Source: Candidatus Thorarchaeota archaeon (lineage in GTDB: Archaea; Asgardarchaeota; Thorarchaeia; Thorarchaeales; Thorarchaeaceae). Taken from it: a stretch of DNA of 53,132 bases. Shown here piece by piece: positions 28,121 to 37,694 of this stretch. Numbering within the stretch: the stretch's first letter is position 1; each line of letters begins with the position of its first letter. The translations under genes and the position numbers were made by a program. A model generated the notes under the pieces. The model was not told the origin of the DNA, searched no databases, and saw nothing but the letters and a program-made list of their open reading frames with translations. Where the stretch lies: assembly GCA_003345595.1 (NCBI GenBank), contig PRDI01000086.1:1-53132 (forward strand). Reading direction: 5' to 3'.

Positions 28121-29482
28121 ATGGACAAGGAGCGGATCGCAGGTAAGCTGTTGTCATTGTCTGAAAAGGAAGGTGCGTCTCAAGCCGAGGTATTTGCACT
28201 GACAGTGAAGACATCGAGCGTATATATAGATGACAACATACCAAAGGTCGCTGACCTGAAGACCGAGTTTGGCATTGGTCTCAAGTTCGTCCTAGGGAAG
28301 CAGTTGGGCTTCACGAGCTCGACGCTGCTATCTGAGTCCCCTGAGGATGTTGTGAAACGTGCGAAGTCGGTGGCCCACGTTAGCAGCGAGGACCCAAAGT
28401 TCGTTTCGCTGCCTGACCCGAAGGTAGCTTCAGGCAGGATGGACCGCTTCTTCGATAAGCCGACTGCAAACGCCGGCAGCCCCGAGCTCCTTGAGAAGGT
28501 GATGATGCTCGTCCAGGCTGCTGCGGCCAAGAACGTGAGCGTTCCGAATGGGGTCTTGCGTGCTAGTTCCATTGATTTCGCTGTTCACAACTCACTTGGT
28601 GTGAGAGCAGGCTCGATGTCCACGAATGTCTTCGGCTTTTTCACGGCGAAAGCCCAAGATGGAGGTGTGGTTGGAGAAGGTGTACAGAGATGCTGGTCTC
28701 GCGACCTGTCCAAAATCGACTTCCCAAACTTGGGAAACAAGCTTAAGTCTCAGGCAATGAGTGTACTCAATGCAACAGCATTCAAAGAGAACTGGACGGG
28801 TATCGTAGCGATCCTTGCTCCCTCTGAAGGGAGCGAGATGGTACACCAGCTAGTAGGATCGGCGGCCTCGGCAGAGAATGTGAACAACAGATCAAGTCCT
28901 TGGGCAGACAAGCTCGGTAGTCAAGTGGCACACAAGGGACTGACTGTCATTGATGACGGCCTCTCAAGCGCCGGTCTACTTAGCTCAGTAGTGGATGACG
29001 AAGGGGTTCCCACTCGGAAGACGACTCTCATCGAAAGCGGCACTCTCAGGTCGTATATCTTTGACAGCTACAACGCCGGTGTTTCCGGTGTGTCGTCGAC
29101 AGGGAATGGACTCAGACGCGACCCGAGGGACAGTCTTGGGCGGTTCAGCCAGCCTGCATCTTGCGGTGTGACGACGCTCGAGATACCTGCCGGAACCAAG
29201 TCGCTCGATGAAATCATCCGTGAAGTTCAGAAGGGTGTCTACATTGAGCACTTTGCCTGGCCGCAGGTCGATCCGATCTCGGGAGCTTTCTCGAACGAGG
29301 CCCGGAACGCTTGCATCATAGAGAATGGTGAGATCACTGCACAGGTCAAGCATTGTCTTCTTGTAGGCAACATGTATGAGTCCCTCACTCGAGAGGTTGT
29401 GGCTAGTTCCGACAGGGAGGTTCATGACTATTGCGTGATTCCCACGTTAGCCTTCTCCGACTTGGAGCTGGTGGGGCAATAG
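28121..29482 (+). CDS. pmbA: TldE/PmbA family protein
   Basis: DDEGVP and STGNG motifs without HExxxH; directly follows tldD. Confidence 0.88.
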   Translation: MDKERIAGKLLSLSEKEGASQAEVFALTVKTSSVYIDDNIPKVADLKTEFGIGLKFVLGKQLGFTSSTLLSESPEDVVKRAKSVAHVSSEDPKFVSLPDPKVASGRMDRFFDKPTANAGSPELLEKVMMLVQAAAAKNVSVPNGVLRASSIDFAVHNSLGVRAGSMSTNVFGFFTAKAQDGGVVGEGVQRCWSRDLSKIDFPNLGNKLKSQAMSVLNATAFKENWTGIVAILAPSEGSEMVHQLVGSAASAENVNNRSSPWADKLGSQVAHKGLTVIDDGLSSAGLLSSVVDDEGVPTRKTTLIESGTLRSYIFDSYNAGVSGVSSTGNGLRRDPRDSLGRFSQPASCGVTTLEIPAGTKSLDEIIREVQKGVYIEHFAWPQVDPISGAFSNEARNACIIENGEITAQVKHCLLVGNMYESLTREVVASSDREVHDYCVIPTLAFSDLELVGQ

Positions 29483-29568
29483 ACGGAGCACGTGCCACTT
29501 CGTTCATTAGTTAATCTGAGTTCGACATATTCAGAAATGTTAAAGAGTTCCTCTTTGGCTGTCCCATC

Positions 29569-30660
29569 TTGAGCGAAGCAGCGTTGGGCGATTACAAGGA
29601 GATCTGGAATTCAGAATCAGAACTGGTTAACCGTGCACTGGGCGAATTTCTCGACTTGAAGGTCAAGGAGGGTGAGAGGCTTGGAGCATGGGTGGGGCAG
29701 TACTATGGGAATGTCAAAGGGTACGTCATGCGCGGTGGCAAGAGACTTCGGCCCGTGCTAGTCGCTGCTGGCTACAGGGCGGTGCACGAGAAAGTCGACG
29801 TGAAGTATCTCTATCGTGCCGCATGCTCAATTGAGATACTCCATAATGGGTCTCTCCTCCATGATGACTTGATAGACCATGATGAAACTCGTCGAGGAGG
29901 ACCCACATTTCATGCACTCTATCGAGACATGTACAAGAAGATGTCCAAGAACCTGGAAAAGGCCAAGGACTTTGGGACTGCAATGGCCATTTTGGGTGGT
30001 GACTCTCTTCTGAACATGGGCGCTGAGATGATTGTATCATCTGAGCTGGATCCAAAGATCGCACTGGAATGCATCAAGTACTATCAGCATGCTTACCATA
30101 CCCTCGCAGAAGGAGTGCTTCTCGAAACGATCATGACGAAAGAGAAGGATACGACACCGGAGGCGTATCTTGAGATGATACGCATGAAGACGGCCGTGTT
30201 GTTTGAGGACTCGTTGCTGATGGGAGCAACAATAGCACAAGCCACACAACCTCAGCTTGACGGCTTACGAGAGTTCGGTACGAAGGTCGGGCAGGCATTT
30301 CAGGTTCAGGACGATATACTGGGTTCGTTCGGTGATGAGTCTATTACAGGGAAGGCCGTTGATGGCGATATCAAGGAGGGCAAGAAGACAATGTTAGTGA
30401 TTGAGTCATACCGTCGTGGGACCCCTGAGCAGAAGAAGACTCTCGACGAACACCTGGGCAGAAGTGATCTGGCAAAAGAGGACGTGGAGCAGGTGAAGGC
30501 TGTTTTCAAGGACTCAGGGGCGCTCAAGGCCACTCAGGATCTGATGAGAAAATTGCTTACCACTGGACAGAAAGCATTGGAGACCAAGCCTCCTCTCTTG
30601 CCCAAGTACAAGCGATTTCTCCTTGACCTGTCCGCCTTCTTGGTGGAGCGGAACTACTAG
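29569..30660 (+). CDS. Polyprenyl diphosphate synthase (probable GGPP synthase)
   Basis: GGKRLRP, LLHDDLID..RRG (first Asp-rich motif), KTA, FQVQDDILG (second motif), DIKEGKKT. Confidence 0.92.
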   Translation: MSEAALGDYKEIWNSESELVNRALGEFLDLKVKEGERLGAWVGQYYGNVKGYVMRGGKRLRPVLVAAGYRAVHEKVDVKYLYRAACSIEILHNGSLLHDDLIDHDETRRGGPTFHALYRDMYKKMSKNLEKAKDFGTAMAILGGDSLLNMGAEMIVSSELDPKIALECIKYYQHAYHTLAEGVLLETIMTKEKDTTPEAYLEMIRMKTAVLFEDSLLMGATIAQATQPQLDGLREFGTKVGQAFQVQDDILGSFGDESITGKAVDGDIKEGKKTMLVIESYRRGTPEQKKTLDEHLGRSDLAKEDVEQVKAVFKDSGALKATQDLMRKLLTTGQKALETKPPLLPKYKRFLLDLSAFLVERNY

Positions 30661-30706
30661 GTCTTAAGCAGCTGCCGTAGGCCTGAGCGTTGAGGCTCCG
30701 GATCGT

Positions 30707-31339
30707 TCAGGAACCTGCATAACCTGCTTCAATCAGGCGCAGGCTAAGAAGCACGAGCTCCTCTCCCTTGGAACTCAGAATCGTCTGCATCTCTTCGCTC
30801 ACTTGGGGCGTGTTTGAGCGGACATAATCAAGGAAGCCCTGTCTGGACTCGCTCAGTGCACGACGCATCCCAGAAGCGTGTCGCTTCAGAATCTCTTTGG
30901 CTCTCTGGTCCGGGTCTCTACCACTGAACAGTCCGCTCCTCATCGTGCGGACGATGTCTTCCGCTATCACCCTCGACTCACTGACGAGATGCTCCTCTGG
31001 TACTTGCCGGACTCCACTTCCGGGCAAAGTGGTTTCTGTGCCAACAGGCACGGTCTTCATGGGTCTCGGTGAGAGAGTGTCTTCCATGACATCCGCCACG
31101 ACAAGACGTTTCCAGACTTTCCTTCCAAGGAACTCCAAGGGAGCTATGTAGCCCTTGGAATGCATTCCTGCAAGGTTCTTTGCGAACATCTCCCTAGTCA
31201 TGATCGAGTTTGGACCTGACATGATGAGAAACTTCTGGAAAAGGACCTCTTCAAACTCGATTATGGACCATCCGAACGCGCGAATGATGTCCAGCTCTGA
31301 TTCAGCCTCACGCTGAGTCAGTCCGATATCTGCAGACAC
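30707..31339 (-). CDS. Hypothetical protein, possible N-terminal winged helix
   Basis: 210-aa ORF with GTG start after GGTG. The segment FAKNLAGMHSKGYIAPL...KVWK resembles a winged helix. Confidence 0.6.
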   Translation of the reverse strand: MSADIGLTQREAESELDIIRAFGWSIIEFEEVLFQKFLIMSGPNSIMTREMFAKNLAGMHSKGYIAPLEFLGRKVWKRLVVADVMEDTLSPRPMKTVPVGTETTLPGSGVRQVPEEHLVSESRVIAEDIVRTMRSGLFSGRDPDQRAKEILKRHASGMRRALSESRQGFLDYVRSNTPQVSEEMQTILSSKGEELVLLSLRLIEAGYAGS

Positions 31340-31663
31340 AGTGCACCACCACAGCGAAGCTCATGTATTGTATGAGTCCAATGCATATGAAGATTGTCGA
31401 GGGTGCGTCCGGTCGACAGAAAACGACTCTTCCGGGTTCAGACCGCATACTGTATGAGTTCGGGCGGAAACGCTGCTCACTCATCCTTGCCAAAGAAACG
31501 AGTTGCGCTTGGAAGATGTGCTATTGTCTTTCCGTGACTACGAACAAGAAGAGGGGCGCTCCTGCAGAGATTACCACGGATGTGATGGCAGTGGTGTAAG
31601 ATCCTAAGCTAGAGTCAACCATGTCAAGACTGCCACGTTCATTGTATTTCAAGAAATCAGGGC

Positions 31664-31708
31664 AAGAAAAAAGAGATGGGAAGTAGACAGGGGTCACCGG
31701 TCTACTTC
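31664..31708 (-). terminator. Hairpin plus U-tract terminator
   Basis: 9-bp stem GAAGTAGAC/GTCTACTTC (31680-31708) just after the stop of 31719..32744, followed by TCTTTTTTCTT on the minus strand. Confidence 0.6.
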
Positions 31709-31718
31709 TTCTTGGAGT

Positions 31719-32744
31719 CTACTTCCTCTTGAGTACTATTGCGATGATGACGATTACAACGACGACACCTATCGCCGCGATGACGTAGGTCAGGGTCATG
31801 TCAACGGCAGTCGCAGTGTTGATGCCGAAGTCAATGGCCTGCTTCACCAGATTGTAGCCGTTAAGTGCGACGCCATAGTAGGCGTCTGAGTACATCGGCT
31901 GGTAGTCGCCGTATGGCGATGCTCCTGAAACGACGAGTACGCCGGTCTTGGCTGTGCCTGCGTTGATCTCGAGTGTAGCAGCGACGAATTTGCCTTTGGC
32001 ACCATCGGCGTGGGCAATGGGTGGAGTTGCATCGCTGTCAAGGATTGTCGCGTTGCCACCGTAGTAGAGCAACGGGTACACATTGGTGATCGTGGTTGTT
32101 TCAAGGGCAACAGGGGCGGTCGAGTGGCTGGGAGTTGTGCTGTTGCTGCCGTACACTAGTGTTGGACCATGCATGAGCACCTTGTTCACATTTGCTACGA
32201 TTGAAGCCACGTAGCTGTTAGTGCTCGTCCCATTAGCCACGACTCTGTAGGAAGCGCCAGTGCAAGATATAGGATCTGCTACGGCCGTCGGCTCACCATA
32301 TACGTGAGAATCGACTCCATCAAGAATCGCGGTCATGTTGTCGTTGATGTACGTGTAACCGCCAAAGTCTGAGTCATAGCCGATCCACATGAACTTCTTT
32401 CCGGTGTTGAACCAGTCAGTTATCGCGGTCAACTCAGCGGTACTGTAACCCTTGGTCACGCCATAGATGGAGCCGGCGATGAAAGCCACAGCATTCTCAA
32501 GTATGCTCGCGTTTATCCCGCCTTTCGCCCAGACCACCGTGTAGCCCATCTGAGTAAGGTTACCAGTCAACCACAAGTCGGTAGTGTTGAATATGGTAGC
32601 CTTATACTGGCCATGGCTGAGGTCAAAGACTATCGTCCCTGTACCTGCAGCACGCACGGGAACTGGTGCGGCAAGATACGAGCCAAAGAGAGCTGCCAGA
32701 ATCAGCATTGTGGCAATTCTCTTCTCTCTAATTCCAATTCTCAT
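31719..32744 (-). CDS. Secreted, C-terminally membrane-anchored protein (GldG/GIFT or DUF4350-like domain)
   Basis: Signal peptide ending PVRA, IVFDLSHGQ start motif, and a C-terminal TM helix followed by KRK. Confidence 0.7.
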   Translation of the reverse strand: MRIGIREKRIATMLILAALFGSYLAAPVPVRAAGTGTIVFDLSHGQYKATIFNTTDLWLTGNLTQMGYTVVWAKGGINASILENAVAFIAGSIYGVTKGYSTAELTAITDWFNTGKKFMWIGYDSDFGGYTYINDNMTAILDGVDSHVYGEPTAVADPISCTGASYRVVANGTSTNSYVASIVANVNKVLMHGPTLVYGSNSTTPSHSTAPVALETTTITNVYPLLYYGGNATILDSDATPPIAHADGAKGKFVAATLEINAGTAKTGVLVVSGASPYGDYQPMYSDAYYGVALNGYNLVKQAIDFGINTATAVDMTLTYVIAAIGVVVVIVIIAIVLKRK

Positions 32745-32985
32745 CTAATCGTTGTCCTCCTTCTGGTCTTCCGACTAGAAGACAGACAGCCTTCGATTGA
32801 GCCGTGATAAAAGCGTTTCGAGAGCACCGAAGTAGAGTTGAAGGACCATGTCGTGCTAGCTGAGGTGTCAGCCAATAGCACCGCTTGTGAAAAGGCTTAA
32901 TTATCACAGGTGACTTGAATCCAGCTCAACTCAAAGGTCAGGGACAAGAGAACAAATTCAAGATTGAACTCGAGAGGTGCAAAAG

Positions 32986-34449
32986 ATGAGTGAAATGGAA
33001 GCTACCCGTAACACTAAGACAATACTTGTTGCAGTAGTTGTCGTAGCATTGGTGGCCGTTGGAGGATACATAGGCTTGGGCCTCCTCGGCAATATCGGGC
33101 CGACCACTACTGGAACCACGACGACAACGACTACATCCAGTGGAGAGACGCTCACTGTCATCACTCGACATGATGTGTCGATTCTTTCCGTGTATGAGCC
33201 CGCATTTCTCGCGAGCGACTTTGCAGTTTCCCATGGTATAACTAAGATTCTGTGGAAGACACCATCACAGGAGTTTTGGGAGGCCCTGATAGACACAGGT
33301 CAGATAGACGTATGCTGGGGCGGTGGGCCCACATTGTTTGATCAGCTCATGAGGGACGGTCTTCTTTCTGCTTTGAACAGCACTCTGATGCAGACCGTTG
33401 CGGCAAGGGTCAACAACTCCATCGCGGGCGCTGACATGAAGAGATATGATTCGCACGGAAACCTAGTCTGGATTGCTGCCGCCATATCGTCATTCGGATT
33501 CACCGTGAACGACGCGTTTCTCACAGACTATACGCTCCCGACGCCAAGCACATGGACCGACCTCGCGCAGCCAATCTATGGGAGTCTCTTACCGACCATT
33601 CCAACCATTGCTATGGGGAATGCTCCTGATACGACATCAAATACCCGCATCTACGAGATAATAACTCAGGGCCTTGGCTGGGATGCGGGCTGGTCTACTC
33701 TTGGTAGGATGGCGGGAAGCTCCAACATCTACAGCGGGTCAGTTGAAACCCAGGCCGCCGCAGAACTCGGACAGGTTGGCATATCCATGTCGATTGATTT
33801 CTACGGATATCTGAGCCAGTACAAGAACCCCGACTGCCACTACGTCGTGCCCGAGGGTCAGACCATCGTGAATGGTGATCCTATAGCAATCTCAAACATC
33901 ACATCGCACGAGGATTTGGCAGAGGGCTTCGTTGACTTCGTGTTGTCACCCTATGGTCAGTCCCTGTGGCTACACCCGAACATCAGACGGATGCCAGTTC
34001 TCAGAGCAGCCTTTGACCAGCCGCTTGGCAGTCAGGCTCAAGACCTGTACGCGGTGTTCAACCAGACAATCAAGACTGTGGGGATTGACTTCAATGACAC
34101 ACTATCACTGGAGATAAACACGGCCTTCATCTACTACTTCGAATCAGTCTTCACGGACGCACACACAGAGCTTGTTAACTGCTGGACAACGATCGTGACT
34201 GAATACTATGCAGGGCATCTCAATGTGAGTCAGATGAACATGTTCGCGGACATGATGGGACTTACAGTGACCATTCTGGACCCGAAGACCTCTTTGAGTG
34301 AGAAGTTCACAATCGATTATGCAAGAGAGATCAACAACAACATGATCTACGACACAGTCTACGCAGGTCAGGTTCAAGACCTTTGGACCATTGCTGCGAA
34401 GAACCATTACAACGATGTCCTAAGTCAGGTCCAAGCTCTACTTCCATAG
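32986..34449 (+). CDS. ABC transporter substrate-binding protein (Fe3+/thiamine/AfuA-like cluster)
   Basis: N-terminal TM helix, Thr-rich linker, DVCWGGG, IVNGDPIAI, FVDFVLSPYGQ. Confidence 0.85.
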   Translation: MSEMEATRNTKTILVAVVVVALVAVGGYIGLGLLGNIGPTTTGTTTTTTTSSGETLTVITRHDVSILSVYEPAFLASDFAVSHGITKILWKTPSQEFWEALIDTGQIDVCWGGGPTLFDQLMRDGLLSALNSTLMQTVAARVNNSIAGADMKRYDSHGNLVWIAAAISSFGFTVNDAFLTDYTLPTPSTWTDLAQPIYGSLLPTIPTIAMGNAPDTTSNTRIYEIITQGLGWDAGWSTLGRMAGSSNIYSGSVETQAAAELGQVGISMSIDFYGYLSQYKNPDCHYVVPEGQTIVNGDPIAISNITSHEDLAEGFVDFVLSPYGQSLWLHPNIRRMPVLRAAFDQPLGSQAQDLYAVFNQTIKTVGIDFNDTLSLEINTAFIYYFESVFTDAHTELVNCWTTIVTEYYAGHLNVSQMNMFADMMGLTVTILDPKTSLSEKFTIDYAREINNNMIYDTVYAGQVQDLWTIAAKNHYNDVLSQVQALLP

Positions 34450-34466
34450 AAAGGTGACAGAAGCAC

Positions 34467-36524
34467 GTGAGCGACGCCGAGTCAAGAAAAGATGAGGCAC
34501 AACCTCGTCAAGTGGCTGAGGAGGAGTTGGTTCCCGATGATCTCGTGACCAACACCCAGTCCTTTTTCTCGGATTTGCCGAGGAGGATTGGGTCACGTTT
34601 CACTCGCAGGGCGCCGCGCCCTGCCTCGGCAGGCACAGGGAAGCGTGCTTCTTTTGTTGACTTCCTAAAGCACCCCGGGCTCAGGCTCCGGGCCGCAGGG
34701 TCGAAGCTTAGGAAGGAGATGGACTCCCTATCAGCGATCCAACTCACAGCTATAGTGATTGTCTTCTCCCTCTTTCTCGTGTTGCCCCTTCTGAGCGTCG
34801 TAGTCTTTTCGTTCACAGATCCGTCTACTGGCATGCCTTCACTCGTGCACTTTGTGAACCTGTTTCATGACTCGAATATTTGGCCTTGGCAATACGACCC
34901 TGTGACAGGAAGTTGGATCAGCTACGTCAATCTCCAGACCATCCAGAGGGGTGGCGACTTAGTCACAATCCAGGGCTGGGACTTCGGGGCCATTCTGAAC
35001 TCGATCTATGTCGCTGTAATAGTCACATCTATTGCTGTGCTTCTCGGTGTCTTCTTTGCCTTCATTGTTGCAAGGTACGACTTCCCTGGGAAGCGCATAG
35101 TCCGCACTGTGCTCATATTTCCAATCCTTGCAACTCCCTTTGTCGGTGCTATGGGCATCAAGACTTTCCTTGGCCGAGCTGGTTTCTTCAACAATCTGTT
35201 CTACACTACACTCCACATTCTGCCTTTTCGTGTTGAGCTGCAGGGCCTTGCTGCGATAATATTCGTGCAGTCGCTGTCTCTGTTCTCACTCGTATACCTG
35301 AATGCCTACTCGTCATTCATGAGCATTGATCCGTCTCTGGAGGAGCAGGCCGAGAACCTAGGTGCCAAAGGGTTCAAACTGTTTCGGTCAGTCACACTTC
35401 CTCTGGCGATGCCGGGCATTCAGGCAGGAGCGATCTTGACATTCATCCTAAGCATCGAAGACTTGGGTTCGCCTATTGTCTTCTACGGATCTCAACAGGC
35501 TCAGAAGACGCTGGCCTTTCAGGTGTTCAAGAGCATCGCCAACCAGGCGGGAACGATCAACCCTGCAGGACCAGCTATCGGAATCATACTTCTCGTATTT
35601 GCACTGACGGGCTTTCTCGCGATACGGAAGTATGCAGCTTTGAGGTCCTATGAGTCAGGCACCAAAGGCGGACAGTGGAATCCGAGAACCAGAAGGCTCA
35701 CGGGGAAGGGCACACTGCTGCTCTACCTTGTCCTGATTCCCTTGCTGTTCCTAGCGCTGATACCACAGATGAGTGTGATCATTCTCTCCTTCACAGGAAC
35801 ATGGTCAACCAACTCTGTGTTGCCTGACACTTGGACGCTCGGCAACTATGCAGTGCTTTGGGAGTATCCAGATGTAGCCCGATCGATTCAGTACACCCTG
35901 ATTTATGGTGTGACGGCCACAGTAATCATCGTACTGCTGGGCTCAAGTGCAGCATACCTGATCGCCAGACGTGACTTCCCTGGAAAGGCCGCTCTCGACC
36001 TGTTGGTGACTTCGCCCATAGCCCTGCCGGGGATAGTTATAGCCACAGGCTACTTCACTCTGTTCTATAACACTCCATTCTTCCCTCCGGAGGCCCCGGC
36101 ATTTCTACTCACCATGTCTTACACTGTGCGCAAGTTCCCGTTCACAGTAAGAGCCGCGTATGCGGGTCTCAAATCGACTCCTGTTGTGCTCGAAGAAGCC
36201 TCTCAGAACATGGGCGCTAGCAAGAACCAGACATTTGTGAAGGTCACTCTGCCACTCATTGGGGTCAGTGTTCTCGCCGGCTCTCTACTGTCGTTTGTTT
36301 ACTCTGTGAGTGAGGTAAGCACAAGCCTCATACTCGGCAGTGTGGGCCGCGCTCAGGCACCAATGACTTTCTGGACTCGTGAGATACTCGAAGCAACCGG
36401 TCAGTTTGGTGGAGTATACCACGCGGCATGTCTTGGCACTGTAATGATGTCGATGCAGATGGTAGTGATAACGATCACGAACAAGATCCTCGGAACTAGG
36501 ACTTCAGCGATCACAGGGATATGA
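34467..36524 (+). CDS. ABC transporter permease (fused double TM domain, FbpB-like)
   Basis: Two EAA loops (LEEQAENLGA and LEEASQNMGA) and many TM helices. Confidence 0.9.
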   Translation: MSDAESRKDEAQPRQVAEEELVPDDLVTNTQSFFSDLPRRIGSRFTRRAPRPASAGTGKRASFVDFLKHPGLRLRAAGSKLRKEMDSLSAIQLTAIVIVFSLFLVLPLLSVVVFSFTDPSTGMPSLVHFVNLFHDSNIWPWQYDPVTGSWISYVNLQTIQRGGDLVTIQGWDFGAILNSIYVAVIVTSIAVLLGVFFAFIVARYDFPGKRIVRTVLIFPILATPFVGAMGIKTFLGRAGFFNNLFYTTLHILPFRVELQGLAAIIFVQSLSLFSLVYLNAYSSFMSIDPSLEEQAENLGAKGFKLFRSVTLPLAMPGIQAGAILTFILSIEDLGSPIVFYGSQQAQKTLAFQVFKSIANQAGTINPAGPAIGIILLVFALTGFLAIRKYAALRSYESGTKGGQWNPRTRRLTGKGTLLLYLVLIPLLFLALIPQMSVIILSFTGTWSTNSVLPDTWTLGNYAVLWEYPDVARSIQYTLIYGVTATVIIVLLGSSAAYLIARRDFPGKAALDLLVTSPIALPGIVIATGYFTLFYNTPFFPPEAPAFLLTMSYTVRKFPFTVRAAYAGLKSTPVVLEEASQNMGASKNQTFVKVTLPLIGVSVLAGSLLSFVYSVSEVSTSLILGSVGRAQAPMTFWTREILEATGQFGGVYHAACLGTVMMSMQMVVITITNKILGTRTSAITGI

Positions 36525-36533
36525 GGTGATGTC

Positions 36534-37694
36534 ATGACCAAGATCCGCCTACAGAACCTTCGCAAGACGTTTGGAGATGTGGTTGCCACAGATGAGGTCA
36601 ATATGACACTTCAAGAGGGAGAGCTCTCAACCCTCTTGGGTCCATCGGGGTGCGGAAAGACAACGCTGCTTCGTCTTATCGCAGGGTTCTATGCGCCGGA
36701 CCATGGAAAGATCTTCTTTGACGACAGAGACGTGACTTGTGTGCCACCGCACAAGAGGAACACTGGAATGTGTTTCCAGAACTACGCTCTCTGGCCCCAC
36801 ATGTCAGTCTATGACAACGTGGCATATGGGTTGAAACTCAAGCGGATAAAAGGTATGAAGTTCACAAAGTCTGCTATCGACAAACGCGTGATGAATGTCC
36901 TGTCACTGGTCAGGATGGAAGGTCTGGAGCAGCGTCACATACATCAACTGTCAGGCGGACAACAGCAGCGTGTCGCTCTCGCGAGGGCTCTCGTCATAGA
37001 GCCTGATGTCCTTCTGCTCGATGAGCCTCTCTCTAACCTCGACGCGAAGCTGAGGCTAGAGATGCGGGAGGAGATAATCCGCATCCACAGAGAGCTCTCC
37101 ATAACAACCGTCTACGTGACCCACGATCAGCATGAAGCCCTCAGCATCTCAGACCGGGTCGCCGTCATGGATCACGGATACGTCCAACAGTTTGCACCAC
37201 CCAAGGAGATCTACTCGAACCCGCAAACTGTTTTCGTGGCTGACTTCATCGGCAGGTGCACATTCGTAGATGGTACGGTCGAATCAATGAATGGGTATAT
37301 CCGCGCGCGTATTCCCAGCAATCAGATCATCTCCGGAAAGGAAACAATCGAAGGATACCCGTTTGAGGTCGGTGAAACAGTAAAGTGTGCAATGCGCCCC
37401 GAGAGTCTGCACCTCATGAGGACGGACCCACAAGACAATGAGATCACCGGAAAGGTGACTAGAACCATCTTTGTCGGCGATGCACTTGAGGTCTATTTCA
37501 GTGTTGGCGATATCTCGGCGCAGGCGCGATTGGACCCTGACTCGACCGTCACAACAGGTGACACTATCCACCTATATGCTCCAAGAGGTGACGTGATGAT
37601 TTTGCCGGTCGGCGGTGTGGAGGCTCTGAAGAAGGTCCCCGGTCATCCTCTGTTTGCTGAAAGTGGGCCTGCTAGTGCCGCGTGTGCCGCATGA
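36534..37694 (+). CDS. ABC transporter ATP-binding protein (PotA/FbpC-like, TOBE domain)
   Basis: GPSGCGKTT, LSGGQQQR, LLLDEPLSNLD, VTHDQ. Confidence 0.95.
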   Translation: MTKIRLQNLRKTFGDVVATDEVNMTLQEGELSTLLGPSGCGKTTLLRLIAGFYAPDHGKIFFDDRDVTCVPPHKRNTGMCFQNYALWPHMSVYDNVAYGLKLKRIKGMKFTKSAIDKRVMNVLSLVRMEGLEQRHIHQLSGGQQQRVALARALVIEPDVLLLDEPLSNLDAKLRLEMREEIIRIHRELSITTVYVTHDQHEALSISDRVAVMDHGYVQQFAPPKEIYSNPQTVFVADFIGRCTFVDGTVESMNGYIRARIPSNQIISGKETIEGYPFEVGETVKCAMRPESLHLMRTDPQDNEITGKVTRTIFVGDALEVYFSVGDISAQARLDPDSTVTTGDTIHLYAPRGDVMILPVGGVEALKKVPGHPLFAESGPASAACAA

